Source of the DNA: Candidatus Hydrogenedentota bacterium
GTDB lineage: Bacteria > Hydrogenedentota > Hydrogenedentia > Hydrogenedentales > SLHB01
DNA length: 64,000 bases
NCBI GenBank assembly: GCA_963668025.2
Contig: CAXXTH010000017.1
Coordinates: forward strand, 1,472,001-1,536,000
Direction of reading: 5' to 3'
Below, one piece after another: positions 58,277 to 64,000 of this stretch. The notes under the pieces were generated by a model. It was not told the DNA's origin. It saw only the letters and a list, made by a program, of their open reading frames with translations, and did no database searches. Position numbers and translations under genes: made by a program. Each line of letters opens with the position of its first letter. Position 1 is the stretch's first letter.

Positions 58277-59011
58277 TCATTTAAAGGCAGGAGCATACTT
58301 TCCTCTTTCATTTAGATGCTCGGAACGCATACGCATCTCATTTTCTCCTTTTGCCGAAAAAATTACATTTTTTATATCATCTAGATGCGGTTCGTTTTCC
58401 ATGCTATCAAGTTCTATTTGGGCAAGCTTCGTACCAGAATAAGAAATGCAATGAACTGAATATTTTCTCATCTGTTTAATGAATTTCAATCTCTCATTAT
58501 TATCGGTAGAATCACTTGTAGATGTAACAGATATAGATAAATTGCCCCAATATTCAGGTGTTGCCATTTTGTGAAGATAGGCAAGGGATTCTTTTGTGCT
58601 TAGAAAACCCATTCCGATCATTGCTCCCTTCATGTCTTCTTTTACTTTATGAGTGAATTGTTCCTTTTGCCATCGTTCAATGCAAGTAACTAAGGCGGGA
58701 TATACATCAGAATTACAAGTTTTACCCAAATAGTAAGCAAGTTTTGACTTGTTAAAATCATTATCGGATTCTTTATCTGCAAGAATAGCGATTAACGATT
58801 TTCTAGTATCACCATCACAATTCTGGGCAAATTGTTCCGATTCATCTTCTGACAAAGAAAGAAAATCTGAAGAAAAGTCATATTCTTTGTCAAGATATAT
58901 TTTTTGTAAGCTATGAGTCGTTTCATTTTGGTTTTCTGCATAAATAGGATGACTTTGTAGTAAACTCCAAAGAGAAATTATGGCGATGAAGTATCTGTTT
59001 GTAATATTCAT
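58277..59011 (-). CDS. Secreted HEAT-like helical protein, partner A
   Basis: Signal peptide; paralog of 56198-56935. Confidence 0.75.
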   Translation of the reverse strand: MNITNRYFIAIISLWSLLQSHPIYAENQNETTHSLQKIYLDKEYDFSSDFLSLSEDESEQFAQNCDGDTRKSLIAILADKESDNDFNKSKLAYYLGKTCNSDVYPALVTCIERWQKEQFTHKVKEDMKGAMIGMGFLSTKESLAYLHKMATPEYWGNLSISVTSTSDSTDNNERLKFIKQMRKYSVHCISYSGTKLAQIELDSMENEPHLDDIKNVIFSAKGENEMRMRSEHLNERGKYAPAFK

Positions 59012-59061
59012 TTGAAATATCCTTTCAAGGACATGATGAAACATCTATTTGTTCGTTTACT

Positions 59062-60189
59062 CTAGCGATGTAAAATTAGCGCTTCGCATTGACAAGGTAG
59101 TAAATATGTATTCTGATCGCCTAAACAAATACTTTGAAGGAAATTTCTTGCATGGGCAACAGGTATGCAGGCTTGGCCAGCTTTTCCCACATGATAGAGA
59201 CCAGCGGTATGACCATATTCGTGAGCGATTGTTTGGGCTATACCAGACGGATAATTTGCGTCAATAACCATATTATCTATACCGGTTCTAGTGCAACCAC
59301 CACAATTTGTTACAGGACCATCACAGTAATCAATTTCATCAACCAATTTTACATTTTCTCCTATACTGAAAATGGCAAATTGCTCTCCCATATCTTCGAT
59401 TATATCTAGGCCATCTATAGGAAAAAATCCCTCTGGACCAATATATACAGAAATATCTTCAAATGTGTTCATAACCGGTAACAGACCTAGTCTAATACCA
59501 GTGCAGCAGTGAATATCGTTATACTTAATGTCCTGGTTTTGATTAATATTTTCGTTTTCGTCATCTTTGAGAAAGACCTGAGTTGCATCGGAGAATTTTT
59601 CCACCCAATCATTAATATTTACGAATAATGATTCATGCGCAGTTATGGTGTAATCTTCATACGGTGGAGCAACTACATTAAACGTATCATAATCCCCATT
59701 ACTGCCTCCATCGTAGGCCGTCGTTGCTTCCATTCGATAAGCGAGTACGTGGCAAGTATCACCAGGCTCAGAAGGCGTACGTATGATACAATTTTGATTA
59801 TAACTACCATAATAACCTACAACATACGAACTGGAATCACCCCAGACCAACCAAATAACTTTTTTATCGCTGTTCAGTGCAAACAAGCAGGAATTTGGAC
59901 CCCGAGGATCTGCAGCGCAACGATCTGGTGCACAAAAGCCGCAAACAGCTAAATCCAGATCATCGCCCCCAGTTGCAGTGATAACAATATCTGAGCCTGC
60001 GCATACATTAATTGGTTCGCTAATCGAAAAAGTGGTAGGAGAAAAAAGAACATTGGGAACACTTCGTGTAGTGCATTCTGGTAAAGCAGCGAAATCATCA
60101 GCAAACAATTTGCCACTAATTGAGAAAAGTAGAACACAAAAAACGAGGTATTTTTCAAGAAAATAGGTAATTCTTTTTTGCGCACTCAT
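59062..60189 (-). CDS. Secreted Cys-rich zinc metalloprotease A (metzincin-like)
   Basis: HEYGHTAGLYH; N-terminal region near-identical to protease B. Confidence 0.75.
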   Translation of the reverse strand: MSAQKRITYFLEKYLVFCVLLFSISGKLFADDFAALPECTTRSVPNVLFSPTTFSISEPINVCAGSDIVITATGGDDLDLAVCGFCAPDRCAADPRGPNSCLFALNSDKKVIWLVWGDSSSYVVGYYGSYNQNCIIRTPSEPGDTCHVLAYRMEATTAYDGGSNGDYDTFNVVAPPYEDYTITAHESLFVNINDWVEKFSDATQVFLKDDENENINQNQDIKYNDIHCCTGIRLGLLPVMNTFEDISVYIGPEGFFPIDGLDIIEDMGEQFAIFSIGENVKLVDEIDYCDGPVTNCGGCTRTGIDNMVIDANYPSGIAQTIAHEYGHTAGLYHVGKAGQACIPVAHARNFLQSICLGDQNTYLLPCQCEALILHR

Positions 60190-60286
60190 ATTTGCGGAGG
60201 GGGGGGGGTAGATCCTGACATGACAAGCCTCCTTAATCTTGGTTTATCCTCGACACACCAAACATTAGAAGCCGTGCATTACCTTC

Positions 60287-60315
60287 TGTATAGCACACCT
60301 AGGCGCACCTGTCAA
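60287..60315 (-). promoter_or_regulatory. Sigma70-type promoter of the protease island
   Basis: TTGACA-17 bp-TATACA with a TGn extension on the minus strand. Confidence 0.55.
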
Positions 60316-60826
60316 GAAGTTTTTTTCTCCATATAGCGAAGGCATTCACGGTGGATATAGTTCGGCTATTCGCGATGGGCGTTATGGGTTTGGGGGTAAG
60401 GATTTGGGGAGAGAGGCTAGGAGGAAATAGTTGACTTGTGTGCGGCTGGTGCAGATTTTGCGGGGGTGTATGGTGAATATGGTGGAAAGGAAAGCATACA
60501 GACAGATATTTTGACAGGATTAACAGGATTGGACAAAAGCGAACACCTTACGCTCCAGCTTCTAAAAGAAAAAAAGCGACCAATTCATATTCACGCAAAG
60601 CCGCAAAGCCGCAAAGACGCAAAGATCAACGGATAATAAGCAGTAATAACAGAGCTACACTTAATAATTATATATCGCTAGGGATTTCGTGGAGTAGGAT
60701 TGTTATTTATGAAAATCCTGTTCGTCTTGTTTGTCTTGTCTAAAAGTTTTGATTCGCGCCGTGCGCCTTGCTAGGATCCGGGGATCTGCACGGCAACAGC
60801 GCCTGCAAGGCGCGGGGAGAAGGGCC

Positions 60827-61810
60827 ATGGCGAAGAAGCTGAGAATTGGATTCATTGGCGCGGGCGGCATTGCGGTGGGGCATTACCTGCGGCTGCATGA
60901 AACGAAGAAAGCGGAAGTGGCGGCCTTGACGGAGCCGAGTGAGGCGAGCCTCGAACGGTTTTGCGGGCATTGTGAGGGCGCGTCGAAACTGCCGGTGTAT
61001 GCGGATTACAAGGACATGCTGAAGCGTGAGGAGCTGGACGGGGTGATGATCGCCAGCCCGCACACGGTGCACTACGAGCAGATCAACGCCGCTCTCGCCA
61101 AGGGCCTCCATGTGTTGTCGGAAAAGCCGATGACATGCGCCATCAAGCATGCCAAGGCGCTGATCGATACGGCGCAGGCGGCGGGGAAGATTTTGATGAT
61201 CTCGTACCAGCGGCATTTTGATCCGCAGTTCCGTTATATGCGCACTCAGATCGCCAAAGGCAAAATCGGCGAGGTGCAGTTTGTCCAGGCGATTCAAGGG
61301 CAGGAATGGCTGCGGGCCACGAAGGGCACGTGGCGGCAGACGATGGCGCTGTCCGGCGGCGGCCAGTTGAATGATTCCGGCAGCCATTTGGTGGATATCG
61401 TCATGTGGGTGACGGGGATGAAGGTCAAGGAAGTTTTCGCGCAATCGGAGAACTTTGGGACGGAAGTGGATATTAACAGTACGCTGGCCATGACGTTCGA
61501 GAACGGGGCGCTGGGCAGCATGTCGGTGATTGGCAATGCGCCGCAGTATTTCGAGGACCACTCGATAGTGGGCAGCAAAGGCGCGCTCTATTTGCGCCAT
61601 GGCGCGGGGCTTATTCAGCAAAACGCCATGGGGGAAACGGTCGAGGTGAAGCTGCCGAAATATACGAAGAATCCCGACTCGAACTTCGTGGACTCGATTC
61701 TGGGTAAAGATGAGCCGCAGACACCGCCGGAGTGCGGCTTGCGCACCATCGAGGTGACGGAAGCGGCTTGGAAATCGGCGGCCTCGGGCAAGCCGGTCCG
61801 CGTGCCGTGA
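60827..61810 (+). CDS. Gfo/Idh/MocA-family oxidoreductase
   Basis: IGFIGAGGI, EKPM and GGG.L.D.GSH.VD motifs. Confidence 0.92.
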   Translation: MAKKLRIGFIGAGGIAVGHYLRLHETKKAEVAALTEPSEASLERFCGHCEGASKLPVYADYKDMLKREELDGVMIASPHTVHYEQINAALAKGLHVLSEKPMTCAIKHAKALIDTAQAAGKILMISYQRHFDPQFRYMRTQIAKGKIGEVQFVQAIQGQEWLRATKGTWRQTMALSGGGQLNDSGSHLVDIVMWVTGMKVKEVFAQSENFGTEVDINSTLAMTFENGALGSMSVIGNAPQYFEDHSIVGSKGALYLRHGAGLIQQNAMGETVEVKLPKYTKNPDSNFVDSILGKDEPQTPPECGLRTIEVTEAAWKSAASGKPVRVP

Positions 61811-62122
61811 GTTAGGTTGAAATCGAGGGCTGTGCTGGGGAAGCTTAAACGGTTTCCCCAGTGTTGTTTCATCGCGCGGCGCAGCCGCAACCAAAGATCC
61901 GGATTTATAGACCACGAAATACATGAAATACACTAAAATCTGAAGCGTAGGGTGGGGCTTGCCCCACCGTTCAAAGGATGCATCCGCCAAAATACTATGT
62001 AAAATCGTATGTTCTAACCAGTTAATACATATGGGCTTTCCAATAGAATCTTCTCAAAAAAACAACATTTTTGCGGCTAGTAGTACGGAAACGGATGGCG
62101 TGCGATTCGAGGATTCATACCC

Positions 62123-64000
62123 ATGACCGGTTGCTTGTTTTTCTTGGCCATTCAGGTGCTAGGCGCGGACCCGCCAGGCGCGGCGGATTATCTAGCGGGA
62201 CGCCAGGCGCTCGAATCGGCGCGGTATGGGGACGCCATGGACGCGTTCACGCGTTGCGCGGAAACGGGCGGCTTGCTGTCTTCCTATGCATCGGTACAGG
62301 CAGCGGTATGCCGGACTCGTGGCGGCGATATAGAGGGCGGCATATCAGCGCTGAAGGCCCTCGCGGAACAGCAGCCTGTCGGCCCTTGGACGCGCCAGGC
62401 AAAGGCGGAATTGGCCGCCGCGCTCAAAAACGCGAACCGCCATGGCGAAGCGGCCCGCTATTATGCTGAAGTGTTGCCGGAGAAAGTGCGTCCTTCTTGG
62501 ATGGATGAATACCGCTGGGCGCTCGCGGAGTGCCAAGTGGCGGAGCCCGCATCCATGGCGGCGGGATTCGTCGCCTACCGGGAGTTGCTTTCGGGGGCGC
62601 GTTACCGGAGCAAGCGCATCGAGGCGGCCTCGAAGCTGGCGCTGTCGCCCGATATCGAGGACCGGTTTATCGCCGCCGAGGCGTTTGTGGAAAATGGCGA
62701 ATACACGCTTGCGGGCCGCTTGCTCGTGTTGTTGATGGTGCTTGCGCCTGTCCCGGAAGGTGAGACTGCGGCGCGCCTCAAGTATATCCAAGGGCGCGTG
62801 CTGCTCAATACCGGAGACGCCGCGCAAGGGCGCATCGTGCTCGAATCCGTGAGCAGGGATTTTCCAGCGAGCCCATGGGCGGCGAAGGCGGAAGCATGCC
62901 GGGTGCGGAGCCTGTTTGATGACCCGGATCCGGCGGCGGCCATAGTGGCGCTGGATGCGTTTGTGAACGCCCATCCAGGCCTGGAAGAGACGGGAGGCCT
63001 GCTCTGGTGGCGGGCGCGGCGCTTGCTCGAACAAGAAAAGCCGCTGGAAGCGGCGGAACAATATGGCCGTTTGGCGGGGCTTTGCCCTAATTATTCTTTG
63101 GCGGATGAAGCGCTTCTTAAGCAAGGAGATTTGCTTCGTGCTGCGAACCGCCCAAAAGAAGCCCGTGACGCCTATGAATGGCTTGTGAAGCATTACCCGC
63201 AGAGCAAGCGTGTCCCCGAGGCCCTGTTTTGGGCGGGACGGCTGTATGAAGCGGCGGCGCAGCCGGAACAGGCCATCGAGGCCTTCACCAAGGCGGCTGG
63301 CGGGCCTCTAGGCGATTTCTATGTGCATCGCGCATTGGAGCGGCTGCATGCATTGGGCAAAGGCGAAGGCGTTGCGGGCGACAGCTTGCCCGTGGCGGGC
63401 CGTGAACCGTTTTTATGTCTTCGAGCGATGGCGGCGTCAGAGCCAGCCGCCGCAGGGGAGAATATTCCCGATTGGCGGCAGCGCTTGGTCTTTTTCGGCT
63501 ATAACGGGCTTGATGAAGCGGAATGGGAAGCGCTGGACTTAGGCCAGCAATTGGAAGCCAGTCCCAATACAGCCGCCTTGCTCGAAGCAATGGGAGAGGC
63601 GGGTGTGGGGGCTTCTGCGATGGAATATGCGAAAATTCTAGAGTGGGGCGAGAATCCGGACGGCAGTTATACGCCCGGGCGGCTGCGTGTCGAGTTTCCC
63701 CGCGCGTATTGGCCCATGGTGCGGAAGGCCGCCAAGGAAACCAATATGGACCCCTATTTGCTGTTGGGCGTGGCGCGGCAGGAAAGCCTGTTCCGCGCGG
63801 GCGCGGTGTCGTCGGTGGGCGCTACGGGAGTCATGCAATTAATGCCCGCGACGGCGGAATGGCTGGCGAAGAAGGAGCCAGCCCTGGGGCCCGAAGTGGC
63901 GGGCCATCTCGAACAGCCGGAACACTCCTTGCGCATGGGCGCGCATTATTTGAGGCGGATGCTGGACCGTGAAGATGGAAATATCGCTTATGCGGCGGGG
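62123..64000 (+). CDS. Slt70-like soluble lytic transglycosylase with TPRs (runs off the window end; absent from the ORF track)
   Basis: ATG 62123 MTGCLFFLAIQ is in frame with FPRAYW..DPYLLLGVARQESLF..AVSSVGATGVMQLMPATA. Confidence 0.88.
   Translation, partial: MTGCLFFLAIQVLGADPPGAADYLAGRQALESARYGDAMDAFTRCAETGGLLSSYASVQAAVCRTRGGDIEGGISALKALAEQQPVGPWTRQAKAELAAALKNANRHGEAARYYAEVLPEKVRPSWMDEYRWALAECQVAEPASMAAGFVAYRELLSGARYRSKRIEAASKLALSPDIEDRFIAAEAFVENGEYTLAGRLLVLLMVLAPVPEGETAARLKYIQGRVLLNTGDAAQGRIVLESVSRDFPASPWAAKAEACRVRSLFDDPDPAAAIVALDAFVNAHPGLEETGGLLWWRARRLLEQEKPLEAAEQYGRLAGLCPNYSLADEALLKQGDLLRAANRPKEARDAYEWLVKHYPQSKRVPEALFWAGRLYEAAAQPEQAIEAFTKAAGGPLGDFYVHRALERLHALGKGEGVAGDSLPVAGREPFLCLRAMAASEPAAAGENIPDWRQRLVFFGYNGLDEAEWEALDLGQQLEASPNTAALLEAMGEAGVGASAMEYAKILEWGENPDGSYTPGRLRVEFPRAYWPMVRKAAKETNMDPYLLLGVARQESLFRAGAVSSVGATGVMQLMPATAEWLAKKEPALGPEVAGHLEQPEHSLRMGAHYLRRMLDREDGNIAYAAG

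Larger units (their letters stand above)
29934..61968. repeat. Dispersed REP family GTAGGGTGGGGCTTGCCCCACC (29934-29955, 30089-30110, 30626-30647 inverted, 61947-61968)
   Basis: GTAG-headed hairpin seen four times, always intergenic. Confidence 0.8.

Noticed and set aside
60740-63193. 416-aa and 282-aa minus-strand ORFs
   Set aside because: Shadows of the Gfo/Idh/MocA and Slt-like genes
1-64000. CRISPR array, retron or DGR
   Set aside because: No regularly spaced repeat-spacer array, cas gene or reverse transcriptase; paralog differences are not adenine-specific by eye

Overview
GC-rich bacterial chromosomal window. Gene content and intergenic repeat style suggest a PVC/Hydrogenedentes-like organism, which is an inference. 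Housekeeping genes include tRNA-Ser(GGA), tcdA, tatD, fumC, rlmB, argS, xseA-xseB-ispA, two hsp20 genes, a pfkB-family kinase, an alkaline phosphatase and an Slt-like transglycosylase. Three accessory loci stand out. (1) 4201-12578: an operon of an ExeA-like ATPase, a membrane TPR protein, a protein fusing a Wza/OPX Poly_export domain to a complete secretin, a Wzc BY-kinase and a Wzy/WaaL-like polymerase. It is a candidate secretin-based polysaccharide export machine and the top finding. (2) 20983-27737: five tandem secreted serpins, each with a different reactive-centre loop. (3) 48814-60315: a mostly low-GC island with two metalloprotease + helical-partner cassettes (constant N-terminus, variable catalytic C-terminus, poly-C tract at the 5' end). 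It is hit by three different IS elements (IS1634, IS66, IS1380-like) with intact IRs and TSDs. Two 188-bp MITEs share the IS66 ends, and several REP-like families are dispersed through the window. No CRISPR array or rRNA was seen. All calls were made by eye; no database searches were run.
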